Assembly (NCBI GenBank): GCA_001244265.2 | Contig: LN717261.1 | Coordinates: forward strand, 2,557,591 to 2,621,590 | DNA length: 64,000 nucleotides | Source: Microbotryum violaceum | Taxonomy: Eukaryota | Direction: 5' to 3' | In this document: positions 39,362 to 50,372 of the stretch, in pieces | Layout of the letters: each line of letters opens with the position of its first letter | How positions within the stretch are numbered: position 1 is the first letter of the stretch | Program-made: the position numbers and the translations under genes | The notes under the pieces: generated by a model | Seen by the model: only the letters and a program-made list of their open reading frames with translations | What the model was told of the DNA's origin: nothing | Databases searched by the model: none

Positions 39362-39759
39362 TCTCTTGTGAGCCCGAGAGCTCACGCGCTCCTGATATCT
39401 ATCGGATCCGTCAGTACGCCCAAGCGCAAAGTCACCAGTTGTCGCAACAATACTACCAGCGACATCAACAAGGTGGTAACTCGTCCGGTCGCAAGTGAGG
39501 AATCCCCATTCGTTGCGCTTCGTTGCGACCGGCGCAAGGTCGACCAAGTCATACGTTCAACTCGCACGTGGTGAGGGTTTTGAAGGTCAGGGAGTGTCGT
39601 TTTCAAATGAATTTGATTGAAGTGCAGTGAAATCAGTTGATTCGATCATTTACTCGTGTGTTCACCTGAGAGGGGACGTGCTGGAATAGAGAGCATTTCC
39701 GGGTGACCCCTCCTTGAACAGGAGAGCTTCGGCGGTCAAGCCAACTCAATGTCACGGTG

Positions 39760-42700
39760 TGGGGCTGAGAAGGCGGAATCTGGTGCACACTGTCTCTGAA
39801 TGAGAGTAAAGGTGGGCCGATCCAGAGACCCGAGAAATGAGTTCCGCACTATGCCCGTTCACTACTCGGTGTTGGTGCTCAGGAGCCCCAAGTCCGTAAT
39901 CGATTTCCGGAACCGCGTGCTGCAGCTGGGCCTGGAGATCCTTGCCAGAAGTGTTTCCTCACCTCATCGGTATTAAAGTTCAGGAGAAGCAACGGAATAG
40001 GGTCGGATACGCTTAGGCCGAGGGAAATAGGGAGAAGGTGATGCGCGTGATGGCGTCATTGCCGCGGTTAGCTGCATCGCCATTAAACATGGAGCTGCGC
40101 TGTGAAAGGCGAACCGCGTTACAGAGTCCATTCTTTCTATAAGTCGTCTGGTATGATGACACAAGAGAGCTTAGCTCATGCTTTAGCTCACGACCACCGC
40201 ATAGCATGGAGCAGCAGCAATGACGACGCACATACCTCGAAATAGGGGTGTTGGCCCGTCCACGCGGACGTGAACTCGGAAGCGCCGAGAGCAAGCCGTG
40301 GGAGTCGCTAGTTCAGTAGACACTAGTCGGGCAAACGAACCCGCAAATCACTCGCTTCCCCGACGCACGCCATTCAATGCTCTCACCTCTCTCAAGACCC
40401 AGCAAGCTTTCTTCTACCTCTCTACAACCCTCAGCCAAATGCGACCACCGCAAGTTTCCTTCCCCAGCTCACCTGCTCAACTGAACTGCCCAAGATGCCC
40501 AAGAATCAACACGTCTCCGGCAACAACGTCATCCAGACGAAGGGTGACGGAAACCAGGTCACGAAAGACTACAACGCTGTAAGTCACTGCCGACTATTCG
40601 AGCCACTTCAATTCGACCGACAGAGTGGGCTAGGCTCATGCTTTGCCCACCTTTGCTGGCCTCACACCAGGTCATCAATGGCTAGAAAGACCTTTTAAAT
40701 AACCTCCAACAACCTCAACGAAAAGACGTGAGTCTTTGAGCAGCTTGACGAGAACTTTCGGGGAGCTCGGGCACGAGCTCATTCTAAATCCACTGCATTG
40801 CCGCATTAGAATACCACTCCCGTCATGTCACTTCAATCGAGATGACCACAACTGTCGCTATATCACGAGACGCTCAAGCCATCAGAGGTATCACACCACG
40901 TCAGCCCTACAGAGGCGTTGAGGTACGAGACTGTCAGCTTCCATGAACTCGCCGTCAGTATGACTGGCTGGCTCATCGAGCTGCCATGCGATGTCATCAT
41001 GAATCCCCCGGCACGTCAAGCTCATAACGTGCACCTCCAGTATCGACCTGTAGATTCCGAAGGGAGTTGTCCTCGACGTCCTGCCATCAGTTCCACGCTC
41101 ATACAGAGTCAAGGCCTCACCGTCCATAACCTCTGTACTGTCAAGCCTCGACTAGTCGCGCGATTGCAGTGGAGCTTTGGAACTAAGGCGTGTCCCCAGT
41201 CATGCTGCCAAAGGGCACGCCTGCTAGGGCACTCTCAGTGAATCCCAGGCAGTAGGAGCTCGCAAACTGTCTACGTCGCACCCAGACTCGCTTCTCGTGC
41301 TGTAACATGGCGTGTCCCCAGTCATGCTGCTAAAGGGCACGCCTGCGGTGCTAGTAGGCCTTGTCTCACTGAATCCCAGATAATGAAAGCTTGCAACCTG
41401 TCTACGTCTCACCCATACTCGCTTTCCGTGCTGTAACATCAATCGTCCAAATTTCTACCTCGTGACCGTTGTGGGCACAGGCACATTCGCATCCTGTCTG
41501 TAGTAGCACTGACAAAAGCGAGCGAGTGTCCTGCGACTGGCATGCTAGTCGCTGGACAATTTATTCCCACGGCCAATTGCACCATCCATGTCCAAGTATC
41601 AGTCACGTGAGATTCCAGTCTTGTTCATCGGCGATGGAACGCTCCTCGCTATCTTCGATGGCGTTGTCAGGTTTAAGAGGACTGCTTCGATCGGCATACC
41701 TGTGAGCGGTCCCGAGATACTCGTCAGTGACTGGGCGATATTCAGTCGTTACCTGCCAGACATATCCAACGACATCCGGTCTCGCCGCAATCTCATCGTA
41801 CTGCGCGATCTTCAAGTCAAGTACAAGGGCGGCGACGTTTAGTCGTGGGGTATGAGCTACTGGTGTCCCTGCCAGTGCCCTGGAAAAACTGGTTTCTGCT
41901 TCTGGTTGATCACAGTACGCTCAGCGTTTAGGCCAACCCAAAACAACGGAGACAGGTCTCGGGGCTGAGACGGCGGCCGGGATTCTCGGTGCACACCTCG
42001 TGACTCCCTCTGAATGAGTCACGGTAGTTGACCAATCCAGGAAAAGCCGGATATAAGCTGAAAAATGATTCTCATCCTGCCTGTTCGCTACTTGGTGTTA
42101 ATGCTCAGGAGCCCCGAGTCCGCGGTCGATTTCCGGAACCGCGTGCTGCAGCTGGGCCCGGAGATCCTTGCTAGAAGTGTTTCCTCACCTCATCGGTATT
42201 AAAGTTCAGGAGAAGCAACGGAATAGGGTCGGATACGCTTAGGCCGACGGAGATAGGGGGAAGGTGATGCGCGTGATAGCGTCATTGCCGCGGTTAGCTG
42301 CATCGCCATTGAACATGGAGCTGCGCTGTGAAAGGCGAACCGCGTTACAGAGTCCATTCTTTCTATAAGTCGTCTGGTATGATGACACAAGAGAGTTTAG
42401 CTCATGCTTTAGCTCACGACCACCGCATAGCATGGAGCAGCAGCAATGACGACGCACATACCTCGAAATAGGGGTGTTGCCCCGTCCACGCGGACGTGAA
42501 CTCGGAAGCGCCGAGAGCAAGCCGTGGGAGTCGCTAATTCAGTAGACACCAAACGGGCAAATGAACGGGCAAATTACTCGGTTACCCCACGCACGCCATT
42601 CAATGCTCTCACCTCTCGAGAAACAGCAGGCTTTCTTCTTCCTCCCTACAACCCTCAGCCAAACGCGACGCCCTCAAGTTTCACTCCCCCGTCCACCCGC

Positions 42701-43060
42701 TCAACTGAACCGCCCAAAATGCCCAAGAATCAACACGTCTCCGGGAACAACGTCATCCAGACGAAGGGTGATGGAAACCAGGTCACGAAAGACTACAACG
42801 CTGTAAGTCACTGCCGACTATTCGAGCCACTTCAATCCGACCGACAGCGTGGTCTAGGCTCATGCTTTGCCCACCCTTGCTGGCCTCACAACAGGTCCTC
42901 AATGGCTATAATGGCCTCTACAACAACCCCCAACAACCTCAGCAGAAGGACGTGAGTCTTTGAGCAGCTTGACGAGAACTTTCGAGGGACCTTCGGTTCG
43001 AGCTCATGGTGTCCCGCACTGGGAACACTCCTGTCGGCTTCTGGTTGATCACAGTACGCT
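39760..43060 (+). repeat. Tandem segmental duplication (period ~2.2 kb) carrying Con-6-like copies B and C
   Basis: ~39880-40760 is nearly identical to ~42105-42990; ORF-track pairs 39973/42199 and 40013/42239 differ by a few residues. Confidence 0.93.
40495..41940 (+). pseudogene. Con-6-like microgene copy B
   Basis: Exon1 40495-40578 encodes the same peptide as copy C; exon2 40671-40727 has TAG at 40683; ~1.1-kb insert in intron 2; exon3 from 41916 diverges after YAQ. Confidence 0.85.
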
Positions 43061-43138
43061 CAAGCTCAAGCTCATCAACTCGGTCAACAGTACCACGCGC
43101 AGCACCAAGGAAGCAACTCGGCTCAGGGAAAGCGTTGA
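42719..43138 (+). CDS. Con-6-like microprotein copy C, intact, 74 aa, Q/N/G/Y/H-rich
   Basis: Exons 42719-42802, 42895-42951 and 43055-43138 with phase-0 GT-AG introns: MPKNQHVSGNNVIQTKGDGNQVTKDYNAVLNGYNGLYNNPQQPQQKDYAQAQAHQLGQQYHAQHQGSNSAQGKR*. Confidence 0.88.
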
Positions 43139-45398
43139 AAGATGAGCTTTGGCTGCGTCGATATTCGGAGTTGGGTTAAGTGGGCGTCTCAGACGTGGCA
43201 TCGACGAATGTGAAGAGGAGTCAGGGGTTTCGTTTCCTAAGCTTTTGTCCGGTCCCTTGCTGCAATGGACCGGGTTTGACTTTCGAAATATTGACAACAT
43301 AATCTCTCGACGTTGGGGCCTGCGGTATAGCGTATTTGCTCGCTGAAGGGTGACCAAGGACTGTGCACCAGTGGTGATCATGTCGTGCGCGCACTCGAGA
43401 ATCGCCGAGCGCGACGACTGGGCGAGCGTTTTCGCTGTGTCATTGCACACACCTTCCGATTTAGCATCTTGCTGCACCAAAACACCACATGCAATGTTTA
43501 ATCAATCGAAAAGCCCTTTTTGTGGCCAATCCAAAATTTCATTTTTGACTACAGCTCCACCTATGGGCGAGCTGTTTGTAGACGAGCCGTAGGCGGGTGA
43601 GGCTCTACGGTTTGGGCCCGCGCAAGGGGAACAAAACCCCTGACTCGTTTTCGTCCGTTCTCCCCACATTTCCTCTCTCTGTCCTCGGCTTCCGACTTTC
43701 TCCTCGATCGAGAGCGCTCTCTTTCGGACTTTGCGCCGCGGACCCCTCCTCTCCATTGGAAAATACGTCTTTCACATTCCACAACCAGTCTTCCAGCAAC
43801 TTCCAATTTGTTCCAACTCGGCCTGTGATACCGGAAGCACGATCCTCGAAAAAGAGGCCAACGCGACTTGTCGTAGCTTTTGTTCTATGGGCTTCAAAAA
43901 GGTTTTATGGAGGGGGGTATAAAAGGACGGAAGAGGACGAACGCCTCTCTCCCTCCTACCATTCACTGCTTCTGCAAGCTCGCTCCAAAAGCCCGCGGTT
44001 GTCCTTCCCCCTTACCTTCCTCGAGAACGCTAGGTCCTGTACCTCGTCCTCGAACTACACCTCCACAGCTTGCGGGTTGTCTTGTCCCCCAAGACCTCTG
44101 ACGAGCCAGCATGCTTCTCCCAGTCGCCTCGCACACCACCTCATCGCTCTGCCAGCCCAACTACACTCGGGTGAGTACCCTCATGTTTATCACTGGGTCC
44201 CTGCTGCCGTGAATCATGGCAGTACCGCTTGCTCTCGAGCCCCGATCATACGTGGTGGCCAACCTGCTTGTTCGACGGCGCTCTTCACCCGCCCGCCTGC
44301 CTAATCGGTAATCGGTAATCGGTAAAGAAAATGGGTTAATGCCGCGAGCAAATGGTGCAATTACAATTTACGCGCGCGCGTTTACCCTTCAATCAATGAA
44401 GACCGTAAGCGTGCCTCTCTTTTCTCCAATCTCCGATCCCACAACGCCGACGTCTTTCTCCTGAGCGAAACTGGCCGACCTTTCCCGGAAAGGGTGGCCC
44501 AGTGGACGCAGGAGTGCCAAGACTTGAGCTCTCCGCTCTTTTCACTCCTTTCAACAATACTGCCATACTATGGAAGAGCGACTCCGTGGTCATTACTATT
44601 GATCCCGAGTCGCCTCCCAACACTCAGCTTCGTGCTTCTTTCTCTTTCCCCGGACCGAGTCACCGACGCCACCTTTCTTGTGGGTGATTCAAAAGTCCGG
44701 GTTGTATCAATATACCGAAGCTTGACCTATCTACCCCGGTACTAGTAAGGTGCAAAGTTCACTTACAAATGGTGCATTCTTCGCGCAAGCTGGTGCGTTT
44801 GCTCCCGAAAAAAGGTGCGTTTACCAATTAAGGATGGTGCATCTACCACGTAGCGGGGCAATCCGCTGTATCTCGTATAGTATGCCATGTATCACCCTGA
44901 AACTTGACGAGCCCTCTTACATGACCACGAAGTACGTCCACCCTTGGTAAGAAGCACTCTCACCCGGATCTCATGTAGTTGAAAATCGTGCCCGTACTCG
45001 GGCCCCCGCCCACGGGCTCGACGAAGACCCCCAGGCATCGAATATTCACTCTTTCTTTTACTGGGTACTACAACGGGTCAGGTGATCCGATCATGCGTGT
45101 CAGTGCCCAAGCAAAGTAGGCCCTGCATCCACTGCACAGCCGCGCATCGCCGCCAGCGACCTTGCTCAATTTTGTCTGGGTGCACGTAGCCTGCTTGACC
45201 CGTCGCGTCGCGCCCAACGCCTACTTCTACTTTCTACTCATGTTCACCGCGCCACGCCAGTTCCTGCCATCCGTTGCCATCGACCGATACTCGCCTTGGT
45301 TCCAAAACTCGTTTCGCATACGTCATCTCCAGTCATCAGATGAATGCAACGCTCCAGAATAAGGGTGGCCCCCCCGCATTGGGACCCAACCAATCGAC

Positions 45399-47320
45399 AT
45401 GACCAGCCCACCTGCACGTGGCACCTCCCAGATATCCTCGACTACGTCTACCCAGAAGAAAGACTTGGGCCAGCGGGAACCCGATATCATTGACCAATCT
45501 CCCTCAGTGACGCACTCCAATCAAATCTCAATGACTCCTGAAAGCTGCTCCGACGATGTCGACTCGAACGCCGACTCAGACCCCGCCGTCGACGACTCCG
45601 AAGCCAGCTCCTCCGATGGCGGCGAAGAAGCCATGGATCGACTGCGCCAAGTCGTCAACCTCCTCGAAAATTGTGCACCCAACCATATACCGCTGGAGTA
45701 TGACACAATGCAAGCCAAACGTCAAGCGATCATGTCGTCGAACCGCCTCTGGTCGGCGGAAGAGAAAGCCGTCTACGGGCAATGGCCGCTGATTCATGGC
45801 GACCGAAGGAAAGCAGATGAATGGACGCTCAAGGACACCATACAATTCTCAAGCTTCCTTTGTACATGGCTACCGAAGTATGTCGATACTGGTTCCAAGC
45901 ATAAGCAGTCACTGATGGCTAGTTGAAGTTGCTGATTAGGACGCAAAACTGACGAAATTATTCCTCACCGATCCTCCTCCTATCCTTCATTGGCGAAACC
46001 AACCGGAACAGGAGCACGAATAAATAGCCTGCAAATAGATTTTGCCACTTGTTTGAAGGTGAGAGGGAGAAGCGACTTGTGTGGATCCCGCTTACCTGAT
46101 AGGCTGACTATAATCCGCCGAGCTGATGATGATCGCAGAACATCGTTGCTTTCCTCACGGCTCGGGCAGAAGGACCCATCCCTCGTGTCACCGGAGGCAG
46201 TGACCGGCCCACAATCCCGTACGCAGAGCGGGACCGAGTGATCGTGAAACCGCGAGCACCGAAGAAGGTAGACTTGATGCCTAGGTCAAAGTTTATGCGA
46301 CAGCCCGATGGCAACGCTTGCGGCGTCTTCATTCGTCGAACGATGGAAAATTGGTCGCGGCGGTTGCGTTTCAGTCTGAATTAGACTGGAGCTGGAGCCC
46401 AACTCAAGCCACTACAGGACAACTTATATGCTGACCAACGCGCATACATGTCAGACGTTGTTATTCATGCGCGCTTGCGGTGTGACACGGAGTTGGAAGC
46501 AAATTCTGACCCCCCTCCCCTCGATTTGCGAGAGGCGACTGGAGCTCCTCCGCCGGTTCCCGGTCAGTCATTCTACTGTTGATCTCAACGATCTGATCTT
46601 AGTGATAGTTCAAGCTTGCTTGATATTGAGGCCGACACTTGTGTATGCAGAATCTGTACCACTCGCGCTCAAGGAGAGTTCGCCGGAGCTCGAAGAGAAG
46701 CCCTTGGGATCGCCCGGCATTGAAATTTCCGCGCCTACCCTTGTTCTGATTGACCCTTCGATCGGCACAATGTACACCTCTGAGTCCAATCCCGACGCTC
46801 AATGTACTGCTCCGTTGATTTCGCGAAGCCAGCGGCCCAACCCGGCACCATCAATTGCAACGATTGGTTCGATGCCAGATGCGCCGCCGATGAGAATCCA
46901 GAGGGTCGTAATGTTCGACCCTACCAACTCTCTGCCGGTGTCTGAGGCACTCGAGGTCGTTGCTTGCTTGCCAAGGTATCAAACACGTACATTGGCCGTT
47001 CGGTCAATTGCCGCTATATCCACAAGCACCCTAAGCCCTCGCCGATTCAAGCGCAAGAGGGAAGAATCCTTTTTCAACGCTGCGCGGCTTCGCTGAAGCT
47101 GAAGCCTTGCACTCAATGCCGGGCTCGCAAGATGAATCTGATGTTGGAGTCAATTCAAGGTATGGGCTCTCCCAACCTGCATCGGATCCTTCCTTGTCAC
47201 CAGAACACTCACATTGGTCATGGTTCATTTGGAGCAGCTGCAAGAAGAGGAATGAGGTCGTCGATCCTAAGCCGTGCCATTATGAGTAGAACGGAAGGAT
47301 GTATATATATAATGATATAA
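45399..47320 (+). CDS. Probable spliced cargo gene of unknown function inside the TIR element
   Basis: 175-aa ATG ORF with acidic low-complexity N-terminus ending near a GTATGT donor, then exon-like open segments up to the 46428-47096 ORF; no motif recognised. Confidence 0.4.
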
Positions 47321-47491
47321 TGATCGCGGCTAGTGACATTTGCGAGAACACTTGGTGATGTGCTACTAGCTTTTTTAGGACAGGTTCACGGATGGTTTGG
47401 AAAGGCAGTCAATGATCTTCCTTGTCCGTCAAGTTGCTGAGGCAGGAAATACGGCGAGGAATGCTATACAAAGTGTCGCACCCCATATGGT

Positions 47492-47692
47492 CACATCCAG
47501 CAGCTCCGACATCCAGCAGCTCCGACATCCAGCAGCTCCGACATCCAGCAGCTCCGACATCCAGCAGCTCCGACATCCAGCAGCTCCGACATCCAGCAGC
47601 TCCGACATCCAGCATCCAGCAGCTCCGACATCCAGCAGCTACGACATCCAGCAGCTCCGACATCCAGCAGCTCCGACATCCAGCAGCTCCGA
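47492..47692. repeat. 16-bp minisatellite (GACATCCAGCAGCTCC) x ~12
   Basis: Direct tandem copies with one shortened unit; explains the repetitive ORFs on both strands. Confidence 0.95.
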
Positions 47693-48093
47693 GATGATTG
47701 ATCATCTTAGTCATTGTATTGCAGCTTAGGGTGGGGGGGGGGGGGGGGGGGGGCTACTGGCTCGGAACGTCGACTTGTCGAACTACGAGTCCTCTTCTTT
47801 CACTCGATCTGGAAGCTCTGTCGCCGTCGCCGATTCTCGTCGGATCTTTTGGAACCGATCACCGAACGTGACGGACTTCGAGGGGCTTCGAGCCTCTATT
47901 CAGGAGTCCAAGGGTCGCCTAGTGTTTCTGTAAGCCACCACTGCAAAGGGGGTCTTAGTGGGTATGGTTGATCCTGGTTTAGGGTCAATGAATCCTACAC
48001 TACTAGCTTCTGCCAGTGTGCGTAACAGCATTCCCTCCGACTTTTCCGAAGATTTCTAGTTATGCGGTTAATGAAGTCTATCAAATAAAAAAA

Positions 48094-49339
48094 GAGAAAA
48101 GGACAAAAATGCCCTCGAAAGATAGCGAAAGGACGAAAATGCCCTCGCTTCTTTTCATGAGGACAGAAATGCCCTTCTCTAAGGGACCAAAATGCCCTCG
48201 GATTCTCGACTTCTGTAATACTTGGTATATCAGCTCATAACCAAGAGGGTAGCTTCTTGTAGTCGTTGTGATCAGCGCCGTATACTCAGAATCCCCAGAG
48301 ATGCCGTGAGAATTCATATATCACGGTTGCAAAGTCAGGGCCCTATCGCGACTGAAGCGAGTCCAAGTCGAAAGCGAGCGATGAGTATAGACCGAGTGAA
48401 TTCCATATGAAAAAGGCCAGCAGTAGAAGCATTGACAGTCTTGACGCCTTATGCTCAGATTCAAATGGTCTATCTATAACTCGGTTGTGTCCGGGGCCTT
48501 TGCAGAGACCACAGATCGTGTCGCGCTTGGACCTCTCGTCCGCACCCCGGATCCTGCGTTTGATCGGACGTATAGGCTTGGAGAGATGTGACGGAATGAT
48601 AATGACACCCTCTTCTTCGCCAGTTGAGTCACTATCGTCCACTTCACCATGACCTCATGACGCTCACGAGGAAGACGATGCAGCTTCCATTCGGCCCGAG
48701 ATGGAACAGGTTGGAGCGGTGTCGCGTAAGTCTGCTCTTGCTGTCGCCGGTGTGCAGCAGCTATCGGTGACTGTGGGCTTCATTAAAGACAATGATGGTC
48801 CAAACACTGCATTCTCCTTTGGAGACAGCAGTGGCAGAGAAGGAGCACGGAGGATCTTGGACACTCTTGCTCACGACGCGTGTCAGACTTGCGAATGTCG
48901 AACTGAAACTGGTGATCAAGCGCATATTGATGGCCCGCATCTGTGAGCTCCTTCTAGAGACTTCCCCCTCCCTGAAAGAATGTTCCATTGTCGAAAGTCG
49001 GTGGTGACTTCGGGGTCGGGGCGAGAATGCGGAAGGTGGCCAACGTCGATTCGCGAACTCGCGCGCCTCAACGCGTCGACGATCGATGAGGCCCCCTGCC
49101 TTTGCGACCGTGATAACTGAATTCTCACGGCATCTCTGGGGATTCTGAGTAAACGGCGCTGATCACAACGCTACAAGAAGCTACCCTCGTGGTTATGAGC
49201 TGATATACCAAGTATTACAGAAGTCGAGAATCCGAGGGCATTTTGGTCCCTTAGAGAAGGGCATTTCTGTCCTCATGAAAAGAAGCGAGGGCATTTTCGT
49301 CCTTTCGCTATCTTTCGAGGGCATTTTTGTCCTTTTTTC
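48094..49339 (-). mobile_element. Non-autonomous Mutator-like element (MULE) nested in the TIR element
   Basis: ~230-bp near-identical TIRs (48094-48317 and ~49117-49339) with G...C ends, TAAAAAAA on both flanks (8-9 bp TSD), and an internal remnant CGLCKGPGHNR like the C-terminal zinc knuckle of MuDR transposases. Confidence 0.88.
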
Positions 49340-49732
49340 TAAAAAAAAAAAAAAAATCGGTCCGGGGTTCCGGACGATGGCCGCTGGGACGAGAGCTGGG
49401 GTGCAGGCACGATTTCCCCCGATTTCCAACGAAATTCCTTTTTCTGTTTTTCCTTTTTATTTTGTCGCATCGAATATAAGCGCGCGACAAAAGAGAAAAA
49501 AAGACGAGATGGGAATAAGTTTTTTCGGGAGCAAACGCACCAACTTGCGCGAAGAATGCATCATTTGTAAGTGAACTTTGCACCTTACTTACCGGGGTAT
49601 GGGTCAAGCTTCGGAGGTAAACGCGCGCGCGTAATTTGTAAATGCATCATTGACTCGCGGCATTATGTATGGATGCTCCTCTCGTTTCTCCTTTGTGCCT
49701 TCCCGCCCTCGGTTCCTCCGCCGACGCTCCCA

Positions 49733-50372
49733 ATGGCTCGTCGACCCCCCAAGGCCCAAATCGTGAGGGAGTACTACAACGGCAAGTTCGTCATTCAGGT
49801 CAGGGATGATGGTACTGTCACGGAGAAGAACTACAACAATGTGAGTCGGGATGATGATTGCCAACAACGTGAACTAATAAACAAGCCGGTCGGGCCTTAT
49901 GGGACTGGTTATAGTGAGAATGAGAATTTGAATTCCAGCTAGTCTACAAAGAGACGACCCTTATCGGGCGCTGGACCACATTAACTGGGCTATCGTCTCT
50001 GACCTGACCTACGACTTCCACCGCTGGTTATAGTGAGACGCCGGGGAGTCGGCGTGTTCGGCCGGAGAGAGGGTTCACACGCTGTCCCTGCCTCGGGCTT
50101 CACAACAATTCTGAGTCGCTCTCCTCATCGCCCATATAAAAACTAACTCATTCTTCCCTACGTTGTTGATTCCTTCATACAGGTCATCCAAGGCCTGAAC
50201 GGCCTTTACAAGAACCCCAAGTTCCCCGAGATGAGAGATGTCAGTACCGAGCCGGCCGAGCCCCTTGCCTATAAATGGAGAAATTCTTATCTTCTCTTCG
50301 TTGTCCCCGGCCCTACAGGACGCTCAAGATCGGATGTACCGCCTCGCGATGGACTATTATCGATACCACTAG
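49733..50372 (+). CDS. Con-6-like microprotein copy D, intact, 72 aa
   Basis: Exons 49733-49840, 50183-50239 and 50319-50372: MARRPPKAQIVREYYNGKFVIQVRDDGTVTEKNYNNVIQGLNGLYKNPKFPEMRDDAQDRMYRLAMDYYRYH*; same intron positions and 57-nt middle exon as copy C. Confidence 0.85.
49920..50023 (-). mobile_element. 104-bp 5'-truncated LINE/SINE-like insertion with 15-bp TSD
   Basis: CTGGTTATAGTGAGA is duplicated at 49905-49919 and 50024-50038; the insert shares TTCCAGCTAGTCT and CGCTGGACCAC with the LINE 3' end at 30880-30937. Confidence 0.85.

Larger units (their letters stand above)
30535..39498 (+). pseudogene. Con-6-like microgene copy A, split by a LINE in intron 2
   Basis: Exon1 30535-30624 MPNQPNQFVSGHHVV*TKGDGSYVVKDYNN (TAG at 30580); exon2 30768-30822 VQQGYNGLYNNPQH (2 nt short); exon3 39415-39498 YAQAQSHQLSQQYYQRHQQGGNSSGRK*; each exon aligns to intact copy C. 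Confidence 0.88.
44339..49663. mobile_element. TIR DNA element (~5.3 kb), ends ATGCCGCGAG...CTCGCGGCAT, flanked by TA; no recognisable transposase
   Basis: 44339-44386 plus 44715-44812 is the reverse complement of ~49519-49663 (shared tacgcgcgcgcgtttacc and gtaaggtgcaaagttcacttacaaat); TA at 44337-38 and 49664-65. Confidence 0.85.

Noticed and set aside
43918-44304. TATA box followed by a short exon MLLPVASH... possibly cut by the TIR element
   Set aside because: No homology or downstream exon could be identified.
47492-47692. CRISPR-like array or repeat protein
   Set aside because: Head-to-tail 16-bp units with no spacers, eukaryotic context; ORFs arise only because the unit lacks stops.
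47733-47753. Poly-G/poly-C tracts (also ~23202, ~38798, ~52089) as functional G-quadruplexes
   Set aside because: Simple homopolymers of unreliable length with no shared context.
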